From Octopus vulgaris (lineage: Eukaryota): DNA of 64,000 bases. Position 1 is the first letter of the stretch; each line of letters starts with the position of its first letter. Of this stretch, positions 29,455-43,449 are shown one piece after another. The position numbers and the translations under genes are program-made. The stretch is taken from contig OX597828.1 of assembly GCA_951406725.2 (NCBI GenBank), forward strand, positions 70,370,001 through 70,434,000, given 5' to 3'. The notes under the pieces are model-generated. The model did not search any database, had not been told where the DNA came from, and was given only the letters and a program-made list of their open reading frames with translations.

Positions 29455-29890
29455 CCCAAAAGGATTAGTAAAAGAAAAATTATATGGTATAACCCCCTTT
29501 CAACCTTGAAGTTTCCACCATCAAAGCTAGGGGCTTCGTGTCATTAATTAAGAAACACTTCCCCAGAGGTCACAAGTATTACAAATTTTTAACCTCCATA
29601 ATGTCAAGGTGAGCAACTCTATTCTTAGACACCATCACATTAAACATCACACGCATCAAGAGATGTAAAACTGCACCACCCCAACCTGCAACCATGTGCC
29701 CTAGTATACAGAGCCACCGTTACACCAGTTGATGGCATTACTAGGCACTATACGGGTATGACAGCTAATCACTCCAAGGGAAGCTACTCCCAGCATATGC
29801 ACTCACTCACATCCAGGGACAGGGAGAACTCTACTTCTTTGTCTCATTTTCTCTGGAGACTCCGTGACCTCTGAAACAAAACACTCTGCA
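29455..29890 (+). mobile_element. Penelope-like retroelement fragment (RT linker plus GIY-YIG endonuclease), decayed
   Basis: Frameshifted motifs KRKIIWYNP, LIKKHFPRGHKYYK.FN..NVKVS, LVYRATVT......HYTGMT; runs into a (TA)n tract. Confidence 0.8.
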
Positions 29891-29918
29891 TCAAGTGAAC
29901 TAAATATATATATGTGTG

Positions 29919-29949
<31 letters not shown>

Positions 29950-29993
29950 ATGTGTGTGTATATCTATATATGTATATATGTACATATATATGT

Positions 29994-30094
<101 letters not shown>

Positions 30095-30147
30095 AGAGTG
30101 GTCACTATATATATAGCACATAATCCAAAAGAAATTATATATATAAT

Positions 30148-30182
<35 letters not shown>

Positions 30183-30762
30183 CATACATACATACATACA
30201 TACATGCATATATATATCTATATATATGTATGTATGTATGTATATATTCATGTTTATGTGTGTGTGTGTGTGTGAAATCATGTTGAAACAAACGTTATCT
30301 TGGGAGGGTCATTTTGCCAATAAAAGCGCACACATTGATTCTGTTTTACGTTTTCCATTATTATTATTATTATTATTATAATCATCATCATCATCATCAT
30401 CATTATTATTATTATTATTAATTAATTCAATTAATTATTATTATTAGTCATTATTAGTTGTTAACCAATTAGCCAGTTAACTAATTGATCATTTGATTAA
30501 TCATTCAATGAAGCAATCTCATCTCGGTAGTCCCAAATCCTTCCACTGCCATTTGCAACCTCAACAATAACAGACTCTTGTTACTTTAGTTCCATCTCTT
30601 TGTCCCAGTGTGTGGGTGTGCAGCTGTACACATGCATATGTGTGTGTGTGCGTGCATGTATATTACACACACACATCCACACATGTATATACATAAATAC
30701 ATAAATACATGTATACATACATATATATGTATATGTATGTTTATATATACATACACATAGAG

Positions 30763-31633
30763 GAGGGTGTGATGGGTAAATTGTTGCTGTTTTATATTTT
30801 TAATTTTGAGCATGTGCATTGTTTGTTTTTGATTTTGTCGATTACACAGTACAGTAGGGTCAGTTGGGCACCGTCTGTGAGAGAAACAGCACCATGACAC
30901 AATTCACTTTGCCAGAAATTTGGAAACCACATGCTGTACTGCTTGGCATTCAAGCCAGAAGCTCCAATATGAACATTTTAGAGTGTCTGGGTATCAGCCT
31001 GGGGACATGTACCGAGAGTGATAAAAATCAAACATCCAGTCAACGTCATGGTGTTTGGAGTGATCACTAGAGATGGCGACGTTATGCCTCCATTCATCTT
31101 CCCACACAGCCTTAGACTCGACATGGAGGCCTACATCAAGTGCTTGAAGGAGGCAGTGCTGCTCTGGGTTAAAAGGGTGGCTGCTAGAAGATTTTAAGTC
31201 TGGCAAAAGGACTCTGCACCATGCTACACAAGAAGGAGAACCCAGTCATAGTTGTCAGACAATTTCTGTGACCACATCATTCTTAACATCTGGCCACCCA
31301 ACTCCCCAGACTGCAACCCCCTTGATTATTATGTGTAGGGCGTAGTTGATCGAGAGACCAACAAAACTCCTTGTAACACAAAAGATGAACTGAAGGCAAG
31401 GATTATGGCAGCATTCACCAACTTCAACAAGGTGACCATCCAGAAGAGTTGCAGGAGATTCTGAAGTCATCTGGAGGCCATGGTTGAAGCCAATGGTGAT
31501 TTTATTGAATAAATTTACTTTTTAGCATTTCATGATATTTTTCTGTAATTTTGGTAAATACATCTGTTAAAATGAGATGACAGTGTTATTTTCATTTTTG
31601 CATAATTTAGACAACAATATATTCACCACACCC

Positions 31634-31635
<2 letters not shown>
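30763..31635 (+). mobile_element. Internally deleted Tc1/mariner-superfamily element (maT/DD37D-like)
   Basis: Ends agggtgtgatgggtaaattgttg / caacaatatattcaccacaccctg-TA. Remnant motifs VMVFGVIT.DGDVMPPFIFP, WQKDSAP, WPPNSPDCNPLDYYV. Confidence 0.82.
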
Positions 31636-31694
<59 letters not shown>

Positions 31695-31706
31695 TATATA
31701 GAAGGA

Positions 31707-31755
31707 GCTTCTACAGGACTAGAACTGTTTCATTCAAGAGAAATCTTCAGGAAGC
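31707..31755 (-). ncRNA. Type I hammerhead motif (mirror copy in palindrome)
   Basis: Exact reverse complement of 31756-31804. Confidence 0.8.
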
Positions 31756-31804
31756 GCTTCCTGAAGATTTCTCTTGAATGAAACAGTTCTAGTCCTGTAG
31801 AAGC
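31756..31804 (+). ncRNA. Type I hammerhead ribozyme motif
   Basis: gcttc-CTGAAGA-t.ttc.tctt.gaa.t-GAA-acag.ttctagtc.ctgt-A-gaagc. Intact core, stem I 5 bp, stem III 4 bp, GUA triplet, stem II 3 bp with a U.U closing pair. Confidence 0.8.
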
Positions 31805-31888
31805 TCCTTCTATATAATAAATTAATTTTACTCTGCTATGTATTGAGTACCTTATTTACTGTGGTTAACCCCGAATCAACCCGGGACC

Positions 31889-31935
<47 letters not shown>

Positions 31936-32610
31936 GTTTATATACCATCATCCTCGTTTAACATCTATTTTCCATGCTGGCATGGATTGGACGGTTCGAC
32001 TGGGGTCTGGGAAGCCAGGAGGCTGCACCAGGCTCCAGTCTGATCTGGCAGTGTTTCTACAGCTGGATACCCTTCCTAATGCCAACCACTCCGAGAGTGT
32101 AGTTGGTGCTTTTTTACGCGGTACCGGCAGGGGCCAGGCATCGACCACAATCGGATGGTTCCTTTTTATGTGCCGCTGGCACGAAAGCCAATAATATATG
32201 TAAATAGATATGTATGTCTATGAATCAAATGTTTATTGTATTTTTACAAGGAAAGAGTTGACAATTGCTTTGATGTTTTGGACGTACAGCCTTCATAATC
32301 CCCAAAATCCAAAACTCTGAAGAGTCAGTTTTTTCCTTGCAAACATGAAACATGTTATTCTTCTGGAAAGTAATGGCTTATTCTTCAGTTTAATACTGAA
32401 CTGTCTTTATATATAACTTTACACAGAAATGTCAATACATCTACATCCATATGCTTATCTATCAAATGAGATATACATACATACATACATTTATATATAT
32501 ATATATATGGATCAAAACAGTTTGATTCAAACTCCTTGGTACTCTGATCTTCAAGCCTGTCGCTAGTCTTTGGTCATCGTCATCGTCATCATCATCATCA
32601 TTATTATTAT

Positions 32611-32687
32611 TCAGGTCACTGCTTGGAATCAAACTCGGAATCTTGGGGTTAGTAGCCCATGCTCTTAACCACTATGCCATATGCCTG
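32611..32687 (-). mobile_element. tRNA-derived head (Pol III A/B boxes)
   Basis: Minus strand tggcatagtggttaagagcatgggctactaaccccaagattccgagtttgattcc, followed by a TAA/TGA tract; not an intact tRNA. Confidence 0.75.
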
Positions 32688-32811
32688 TGGGCATATGTTC
32701 TATGAACAATAATAATAATAATAATACTAATACTACTAATAATAATGATAATAATAATAATATCGAAAAATACCTTGGGAATGAGAACCCAGGTTCGAAA
32801 TTTCCCCAAGG

Positions 32812-32853
32812 CACCTGGTGAAGGCTGGAGGGTATATCAGCCGAAACATGTTA
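32812..32853 (+). ncRNA. Decayed hammerhead motif
   Basis: CTGGTGA-a-ggctg.gagggtatat.cagcc-GAAACATGTT. Stem II 5 bp perfect; A6>G; stem I 3' strand lost. Confidence 0.5.
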
Positions 32854-33166
32854 ACAACAAACAAGATGAGGACAAATATCCGTCGAATGTAAATAATGTA
32901 AATAATGTACATAATTCCTCATCTCTTAAATATAGAACTGTATACATAAATTAGTTCTTCCATGCATGAATTAAGGCATATTAATATCATTTAAGATATT
33001 TTTCTCATTATCATTACAGTGACAGATTAAGGAAAGCTTTTTGTTTCTAGAAAAATCTTTTAAAAATGTTTTGTTGAATCTGTGTTGACAGTATGCTGCT
33101 GAGAAGATTGGGTTATATCTTTCACCCTGGGGTATATATCTATTCCTTCAGGCGCATGTGTGTAAA

Positions 33167-33198
<32 letters not shown>

Positions 33199-34529
33199 TG
33201 TGTGTGTCTGGAAGTGACCAGGTAAAGCTATCTAGTTGGTTTCTGAGTACTTTAAGATGAATCGCAGAGTTATCGGTGAAGTTGAGAGGTGGAATGTCTA
33301 GACAGGAAACATATTGCTAGGGTACAGAAGGTCGTTGTCGTCATCATCATCATCGTCGTCATCATCGTTGTTGCCATCTTCATCATCGTCGTCATCATCA
33401 TCATCACTACCACCACCACTATCACCACCACCATCATCTTCCTCATCATATCATCATCTTCCTCATCGTATCTTCATCTTCATCATCATTTGTTTAAAGG
33501 GAAGGGTTTGTTTCATGGCAGTAAAAAGGAAGTTCCTGTTACTGAAGGTCACATGATGTCACTTCATGATTTCTTGTTTTGCAAGGAGGGCAGGGTGGGG
33601 TTAAGAATGTTGCTGAAGGACACATTGGCATTCTTTATCCCATGTAATTACTGTAAAGAATCAGATCCACAGGGTTTGGGGCACAAACTGGTGCCCCATG
33701 ATTCCTTTTGGTTCTGGCTTAAACCCTGTTATCCGCTGTCAGCAAAATGCATCCACTAATCTTCTACTTAGCCCTTCTTATCCATTATCAACACATCCCT
33801 TAATCCTTTACTTAAACTCTGTTATTCACTGCCTGCTAAACCCATCCTTTGACTCCCTACTTACAAGCTGGACCCTGTAGTCACCCTGTGTTCTGTTACC
33901 ATGATGATCATATTTAATGAGTCACAAAGTTACACAGCTTCTAGTTCCATGAGAGGCTCCTGTAGGAGGAAGGGGTCACTCAGCATATTAGAAATAGCAG
34001 CCAAACCTCTCTCAAATTATACATTATGCTCATAAACCAAAGGTTCCCACTGGTCAATGTATTTCTAGTTATATCAACAATATGGCTGAGGTAATAGAGC
34101 TCTGGGGAAATATTTTCTCTATACCAAAGACGATTAGGGTAGAAATTCACATATTTAATACAGAGATTATCTGTGTAATTAATAGACAAAGCCTCCCTCT
34201 GGAAGGTGGTGGAGTGTCAAAATGTAAAATTTCCAAAGAAAGGGAGATAACTCAAAGAAAACCCATTCAACTGAAGTTTTATGGAAAATTTAGGAAATCC
34301 ATCTGAGAAAATGGCAATGAAATATTTCGTTTTATTACAGTAATGGAAACTGAATTTTATTGTAGTAAAAGTTGAATTCTGCTGTAAGTTTGGGCCAACC
34401 CCAGATTGTCAGTGAAATTTGGAAGGTAGAATCTGTGCAGGTGGGTTTGTCTGACCGATTATACCTGTAATTAAAAGTGGTAACCTTGTTGCACCTTGTG
34501 TCACTTCGGGTCTACCTGACAAACATGTT

Positions 34530-34758
34530 TCACCTTTTAGCATTCAGATTACTCTGTCAAAATCCAAAGCTTTATTTATTCACATCGTTTGGAATTAACC
34601 TTGTATTATCTTGTGGCTTTGCATTTCTGAGGATGTAATTGTGTATTTTTAGAGTGACATTGTTGGACAAGTGTGAGTGGCCAGACCTGGCCAGTTTGGA
34701 TATAAAACAAATGGAACATCTGAGCTGGATATGGGTGGTTTAAAGGGTAAAGGGTTGA
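34530..34758. mobile_element. Possible piggyBac-like MITE, decayed
   Basis: Ends ttcaccttttagcatt / taaagggttga resemble TTAA-CCCTTTA termini. Confidence 0.45.
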
Positions 34759-34981
34759 GGGTACGAGTGTCTGAGGAATACTCAGCCAGTTATGTTATGT
34801 GACAAAGAGTAGATAACTGTGTTGATTGATGAGCTGTGATGTTTATTCATCACCACATGTGTTTTGCATTGAGAAGGAGGTTGGCGGGGGTGGGGGGAAT
34901 GCATCTTGATGTAATCGTTTATGATTTGTGCAGATCTGGACCCTTTTGTAAACAGAGTATTTTTTGGTACCTTTTTGTTAG

Positions 34982-35208
34982 ATCGTTGCATGGAAGCCAA
35001 CCAACACGGCGTAGATCCTGAACAGCTAGCAGCACAGTTAGAAGGAATCCGGGATCCAGCTCACACATCCCCAGGGGATTCACCTTCCAGTTCTTCACAC
35101 CAGGACTACTTTCTCACCCCAAGCATGTCTACCTCTGCTTGTAGCACACCGCACTCTGATCTAACCATTTCCACTTCGTCAGATCGACAAAGACACGTCA
35201 TAGACAAG
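34982..35208 (+). CDS. PCLO: Piccolo-like gene, linker exon with GVDPEQLAAQL motif
   Basis: Acceptor ctttttgttag and donor gtaaga; phase 1 to 0. DRCMEANQHGVDPEQLAAQLEGIRDPAHTSPGDSPSSSS...RHVIDK resembles the recalled vertebrate Piccolo motif GVDPKQLAAELQKVS between PDZ and C2A. Confidence 0.9.
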
Positions 35209-35956
35209 GTAAGACTCGATCGATGCCGCATTTCTTCCTAAATTCCTGCTTTTCTCCTGCCCTGTTGCTTTCAGCTTGTGTCTTGCTTCTTTCATCTTGT
35301 TTGACCCTCCACCCAGCCTCTCCCTCTCCGTCCTCAATAAAATCATCTTTATGTGTAAAAATACATAATTACCAACGCAGATTTTTTTTTCTTCATGGAA
35401 AGCAATCAGTTAAGTCCTCATTAACTTGCTCAATGTAATGAGCAAGAAAATCTAAGTTCACCACAACCTCTCACTACAATGAAGAGTAGAAAAGGCTAAC
35501 CGAATGTTTACACCTGTTTAGAGACGGGTTGTAAGAGGGGAGACAACTCAGATATCTGAAATGACAAAAATGGGGCAACCCCCTCCAAAATCTAAATTAA
35601 CGAAAATCGATATCTGCACACAGGTACACTGCACACCTGCATGTAGTCACACCATTATTTACTTACATAGAGACACATCATATCACTACACCCACCCCTT
35701 CTCCATATACACCAATGAGTACAAGTCATGTATTGTCAATATGTACTCTGAAATCCACGTACTCGTTTTTCTCTCTCGGTTACTTCAGTTAAATCTTCTC
35801 TGTTCAGAGACTGAGAAACACCAAAGTGTGAGAGACTTGCTCCACATTTTGTAGGAAACATTAGTTTACAGTGATTCAATTGAGAGAGAACCAATTATTA
35901 GCACTTGAACACCTGAAAGACTACAGCATTTAACACTCAAGCAAGAGTATCAATGT

Positions 35957-36134
35957 CAGTGGTTTGGGACCCTTTTAATATCTGGGCCTGATCCAAAACC
36001 TGGATTTTTTTAGGGGTCCGCACCAAAAATGGAAAACACAAATCAATTAAAGAAAAATATTTATAGAGGAAGGACCACTGGAAAGATGCTTGAGGGCCAC
36101 ATGTGGCCCTGGGTGCTGCTGTTGAGAGCCACTG
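35957..36134. mobile_element. hAT-like MITE remnant
   Basis: cagtggtt... / ...gttgagagccactg with the internal palindrome gggccacatgtggccc. Confidence 0.5.
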
Positions 36135-36802
36135 ACCTTCAATTAACAGGTGGGGTTTGATAGAGTACCAGCTGTACTTTAGCACCCTAGAGGATAGCAC
36201 ATTGGTACATTAACCTTCACGTACTTACCTTGTACTCTTCTTATGTAGAACTGCACTGAAGAACAGCAGACATTCCTCTCATCCTGACCCCTTAATCTCA
36301 TCCTCCTAAACTGACCCCTACTCTCACCTCCTTATCTCTCCCTTAATCTCCCCATTGTCTGCAGAATCTTATGCAGAATACTGACATGCATTTTCTGTAT
36401 TTTGTCTATATTTATATCATCTTGCCATATGTTGTTGATGTTGTTGTTGCTGCTATTGTTGTTGCTGTTATTGGTGGTGGTGGTAGTGTGACTGTTGATG
36501 TTATTGCTGTTGTTGTTGTTGTTGCTGGCAGTGGTGGTGGTGGTGGTGGTGGTGGTGGTGGTGTTGCTGCTTCTATTTCTTTAGCAGAACTAGTGACAAC
36601 CAAGTTGCTATTTTTGTAAAGGGTCAACTCTCAGCATTACTAGAAAGATACCACCAACACCATATATATATGTATGTATATGTGTATATATGTATGCATA
36701 TATATATATATAATTAAATAAGGGTAGAAATTGATATTAATCAATTAAAACCAGTGGCCTAGCATATTTAAAAATCCAAAGATTAAAAATTTTTTTACAT
36801 AG

Positions 36803-37026
36803 AAAATTTAGACGATTGACCACTAAAAGTGGACAGCCTGTATGCTAGATATAGATGTCAAAATAACCCATTTTCCAAAGCATAAAACCATTTGTCTTGC
36901 TTATTTTTATGCTTTGGTTTTTTGCTGAATTTTTTCTTGAGAACACATTCCGTGGAAAATGGCAATTTTGACGTCTATATCTAGCATACAGGCTGTCCAC
37001 TTTTAGTGGTCAATCGTCTAAATTTT
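36803..37026. repeat. Inverted repeat (about 75-bp arms) between TA tracts
   Basis: aaaatttagacgattgaccactaaaagtggacagcctgtatgctagatatagatgtcaaaat has a near-perfect reverse complement at about 36954-37026. Confidence 0.9.
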
Positions 37027-37069
37027 GTATATGTATATATATATATATATATATCTATATCTATATCTA

Positions 37070-37126
<57 letters not shown>

Positions 37127-37263
37127 CTCTCTCTCTATATATATATATACATATATATACATATATATATATGGGGAGAGTTTACGAAAAGAACAAAAGA
37201 TGAAGACAGGTGGTGTACAAAACAAATAGATGTATTAGTATAACGCTCAGGACTAGAAAAAGT

Positions 37264-37299
37264 CTTTTACGTTTCGAGCCTACACTCTTCTACAGAAAG
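37264..37299 (-). ncRNA. Minimal hammerhead-like motif (A6U variant)
   Basis: Minus strand reads cttt-CTGTAGA-a-gag.tgtagg.ctc-GAAAC-GTA-aaag; all three stems pair. Confidence 0.6.
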
Positions 37300-37574
37300 G
37301 GACACAGAAAAAACAAGGAGAGAAAATATATACATATATATATATGTGTGTGTGTGTGTAATTTCTTTTCCTAGCTTCAGCTTAAAGGCTGTGGTCATGT
37401 AGCAGCACCATGAACTGGTGATGCTGCACTTTCATTGCTCCTCCTTTAATAGTCAGCATTGGGTGACTGAGGGAGTTTGATGCTGCTGCCCTCATTTGCA
37501 CTTCCTGCTGTGAAGTTTGCTCATCTGGGACTCTTGGCAGTAGGAGATCCAGTTTAGTTTCAAAGACATCTACA

Positions 37575-37642
<68 letters not shown>

Positions 37643-37705
37643 ATATATATATATATGTATGTATGTATATGTATATATGTATGTATATATAGTATATATA
37701 TATAC

Positions 37706-37771
<66 letters not shown>

Positions 37772-38333
37772 ATATATATATATGTATATATAAACATGTA
37801 CATATATATGTACATACATAGTACATAAACATGTACATATATATAAATAAATATATATATTTACATGTGTGTACATCTATATACATACATACACTTATAT
37901 ATACATACATACATACATATGTATATATGTATATATATGTGTGTATATATATATATGTGTATATATATATATATATGTTTATATATGTATATATATTGTT
38001 GCATATGTGTGTTATGTGTATGTGAATATAACGCTAGGCATTTCCTAATCTAATCTCAAGCCGACTGTTGTCAGAACATTGATAAAATAAGTAATGGGCC
38101 TGGCTGTCCCCTCTTTGCAAATTAGGTTCTCAAGCCCCGGCTTTACCATTCCTCTTTCTGTCAGTGTAAGAAGTGCCTTACACTTTTAACATTGTGAAAA
38201 ATATGGTGAGAAAATGGTCTTGTGAACTTTGCTGATAAGAAGAGATAGGGAGAGGCTGAAGGGGTTGGGCGGAGGGGTGTTACTGGTGCTTCTGTTAGCA
38301 CAAAATATCATATATATGCTTGTGTGTATGTAC

Positions 38334-38364
<31 letters not shown>

Positions 38365-38404
38365 TGTATGTATGTATATACACATATATACATATACATA
38401 TATA

Positions 38405-38444
<40 letters not shown>

Positions 38445-38468
38445 TATTTATTTATTTCTATATACATG

Positions 38469-38502
<34 letters not shown>

Positions 38503-38901
38503 TATTAATACATGTATGTGTGTGTGTGTGTGTGTGCATGTATAAATTCCTCTCAAAACTGAATAACTGCTAAAATGAAGTAAATTGATTAAAGGCGCAG
38601 AATGAGTTTGTTAATTATCTGTCAGTGATTAGAATTCTGTTAATGAATACGGAGCCAAGTGGAGTGAAAGGTGAACCAAAAATATAGAAATAGGAGACTT
38701 CTTAAAGAAACTAGAATGATGCCAGGGAAAAAAAAATTGGGTAAAAAGCAACAAATATTATGAAACCTAGAGACTTCTTAAAGAGTGTAGTGTTATGGTG
38801 AATGAATAGTGTACTATATTGAGGAAATACAGAATTAATATAGACTATATATGTGTGTGTATGTATGTATGAATATATATATATGTATGTGTATATATAT
38901 A

Positions 38902-38938
<37 letters not shown>

Positions 38939-39148
38939 ACTTATACTAACTTATACTTTTACAGTAAGAGGTTGGTCATGGATGGAGCATCTGTTATCAT
39001 AGGTTTGTTTAACTAGAGCTGGAGTTCAACACCACCACCACCATCATTTGATTATAACCACTAACGTCTGGTTAAGGCATCAGTGTTGTTGTGTTGCTTA
39101 CATCATGTGTATATCTGCTCAACATTTCTACATGTATATACATATAAC

Positions 39149-39208
<60 letters not shown>

Positions 39209-39236
39209 CATTTATATATGTATATATATTTATAAC

Positions 39237-40642
<1,406 letters not shown>

Positions 40643-40680
40643 GTATATATAATTATATATGTATGTATACGTTTGTACAT

Positions 40681-40715
<35 letters not shown>

Positions 40716-40871
40716 TATATATATATATGTATATATACACACACGTGTGTGTGTGTGTACACATGTATGTATGTGTATATGTATTTCGTGAGCTGTTTGA
40801 CCATTGATTATTGGCAAGTGAATAGTTTCTTCATGAGCTTTGTTATAGTGTTTCTCTTGTTCTTCCTGCAG

Positions 40872-40910
40872 ACCTTGATTCAACAAGACAGTAACATGGG
40901 AGAACTCATG
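40872..40910 (+). CDS. PCLO: Piccolo-like gene, 39-nt exon entering C2A
   Basis: Strong acceptor tttctcttgttcttcctgcag and donor gtaagt; phase 0 to 0. TLIQQDSNMGELM supplies the GE(I/L) start of C2 strand 1. Confidence 0.85.
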
Positions 40911-41336
40911 GTAAGTCTCATACTGCCTCATACTCTTTCTCTCTCATTCTTTCCTTTCCTCTCTCTCTCTCTCCCGCTCTTCCTCTCTCCGTCTCTAGAT
41001 TCCCCTTAGACTCCAGTCTGGATAGTTCCTCTTCTCATCTGACATACGGGTATTTAGTGATCTCTCTAAACTCATCATCCACATATATCGCTCACACAAC
41101 TGGTTTTCAAATTTTGGCACAAGGCCAGCAATTTCGGGGTCAGGGCTAAGTCGATTACATCAACCCCCCAGTGCTCAACTGGTACTTATTTTACTCTACC
41201 CTGAAAGGATGAGCAGCAAAGTGGAACTCAACAGAATTTGAACTCAGACAGTAAAGACGGATGAAATGCCGCTGAAGCACTTTGCCCACGTGCCAACTGT
41301 TCTGCCAGGTCGCACTCACAAAATTACAAAGTATAC

Positions 41337-41399
<63 letters not shown>

Positions 41400-41524
41400 A
41401 ATAGATTTGGTGATGGAAACAAGGAAATTAAACTCAAGACATGAGTGTATGTCTATTCGTTATTGTTTTGAAAAGTGCCAATGCACAAAACTCTTGGATT
41501 TTAAGTCACTCTGTAACTTCTCTC

Positions 41525-41580
<56 letters not shown>

Positions 41581-41598
41581 ATAATGATGATGATAATG

Positions 41599-41636
<38 letters not shown>

Positions 41637-41637
<1 letters not shown>

Positions 41638-42827
41638 TCCTGCTCATATCCTACGCAAAATACTTTCTATGTAATCTCAAGTTTTAAAACAAACATAATT
41701 TTCGTATGTTTTATTTTTTAGACATTCACTAGTACAACACTAAATACAAAACCAAATATATGGCACACTAGGCATAACAACAATGTGAACTTCCAACCTT
41801 TTGTCTCTTGAGGTCTCTGGGTGAGACTTGGAGCCAATATGTACAAATATAAAGCAAAAGTCAAACATAGAATAATAATAATAATAGTGGCCCATAGCAA
41901 AGAAGTTATTGTAGACCAGAAGCACACCCATCAGTAGCTATGGAGCTCAGGGCAAAAGGCAGAAAGTGAAGGTTTTATCCTGGCTGCTCAGGATCAGAGC
42001 TTCTTGACTGGGAACTATGAAGCCAATCTAATGAAAAATGGTGTAGACCCAAAGTGCTGATACTGCAAATATGGGATTGAAACAGTGGACCAGTTAACCT
42101 CTGAATGTAAGGTTTTAGCACTTGTAGAGTACAAATGAAGACATGACAGAGTTGGCCAGTATCTACATTGGGTAATATGTCGACATTATAAAATCAAAAC
42201 TGCTGGCAAATGGTAAAAGCACCACCATGAGGCTGTAACAAAGGGAGAAAATGTAACGATTCTTTGGGACCTCCCAGTATGTACAGACCTGACCATCACA
42301 GCAAACAAAGCAGATATTGTTGTGAAAGAGCAAAACAATAAAGTCTGTTTATTGATTGACATGAGTAAAGACTGGTGGCCATAATATCTCAGTAAAAGAA
42401 TTTGATAGGCTCATAAAATATAAAGATTTGCTAATTAAAATCGAAAAGATGTGGCATCTCAAGATGGTTACAATACCAGTGATTGTAGGAGCTCTTCGAA
42501 TGATCAAAAAAGGAACTGAAAATCATTTAAGAATGATCCCTGGCTTACCATCCATGCAGGAAGCACAAAAGATTGTCTTCACTGGTGCCTCACTCATATT
42601 GAGAAGAGGATTGTTGCTGTGAATTTTCTTTCCCTTTTTCCTCTTTATTTTTTGTTTACTTTTTTATTTTTCTCTCTGTCTTTCTTCCCCTTTTCTCTAT
42701 CACATGACTTTGTAAAGGAACAATCTGGTGTGTTAATTTTAATGGCCTACCAGTGTATACAGTGCATTTCTCTGCCCTAGGTGTCATGAAAACACTCAGC
42801 AACGAATGGAAACAAAATTGAAAGAAG
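41637..42827 (+). mobile_element. 5'-truncated R4/Dong-type LINE (CCHC plus restriction-like endonuclease), decayed
   Basis: ESEGFILAAQDQ, decayed CCHC knuckle, RHDRVGQYLHW, ILWD, DIV...LLID, KYKDL.IKIEKMW, PVIVGAL; bounded on both sides by (TAA)n. Confidence 0.88.
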
Positions 42828-42857
42828 ATGATAATAATAATAATAATAATAATAATG

Positions 42858-42895
<38 letters not shown>

Positions 42896-42897
<2 letters not shown>

Positions 42898-43449
42898 CCC
42901 CGTTGCAGTACCAGGCAGTGTCTTTCATGGCTTCTGTTCTTAAGTGATTCGAAGTGTTATCATGTACGTTGTTTTGTCTTGGTATAAAAGATGGGGTACA
43001 GCAAATATTCTGCTCAATACCACAGATTTGATTGTCAGTTGTTTGACCTTAACCAGTTGAGCATGTCCCTTAGTGGCTGACGATATGTGAATGTCTGATC
43101 ATGTGCAGAAGTAGTGGGGGAGTAACATAGCCATGTGTTGAGAGCAATTCTTTGGGGTTTGAATAATTCACCTTTGGAAACATGGGTGCTGATTCAGCAT
43201 CCTTAAACAACCCTCATTCAGGGACCTTTTGAGCAAGATAAGCTACTTGACCTGAAGAAAATTCTAACTGGGCCCCACCTGCAAGGTCATGCACTGTTTA
43301 TCTTGATATGAGATCACCATGTTGCGCACATATGGTTGTGATACATGTGCCTGGTGTACCCTTATCAGACGGGTAGTCATGATGGGTATACTGGGCTTCG
43401 TATATTTTACTCCAGTGTCACTTTGATGGCATGTACTGTTCTCTCACTC
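42896..43449. mobile_element. About 550-bp non-coding interspersed repeat embedded in (TAA)n, copy 2
   Basis: Same sequence and orientation as 10281-10828. Confidence 0.85.

Noticed and set aside
32611-32687. Functional tRNA gene
   Set aside because: Acceptor stem does not pair and the B box is decayed; better explained as a SINE-type head.
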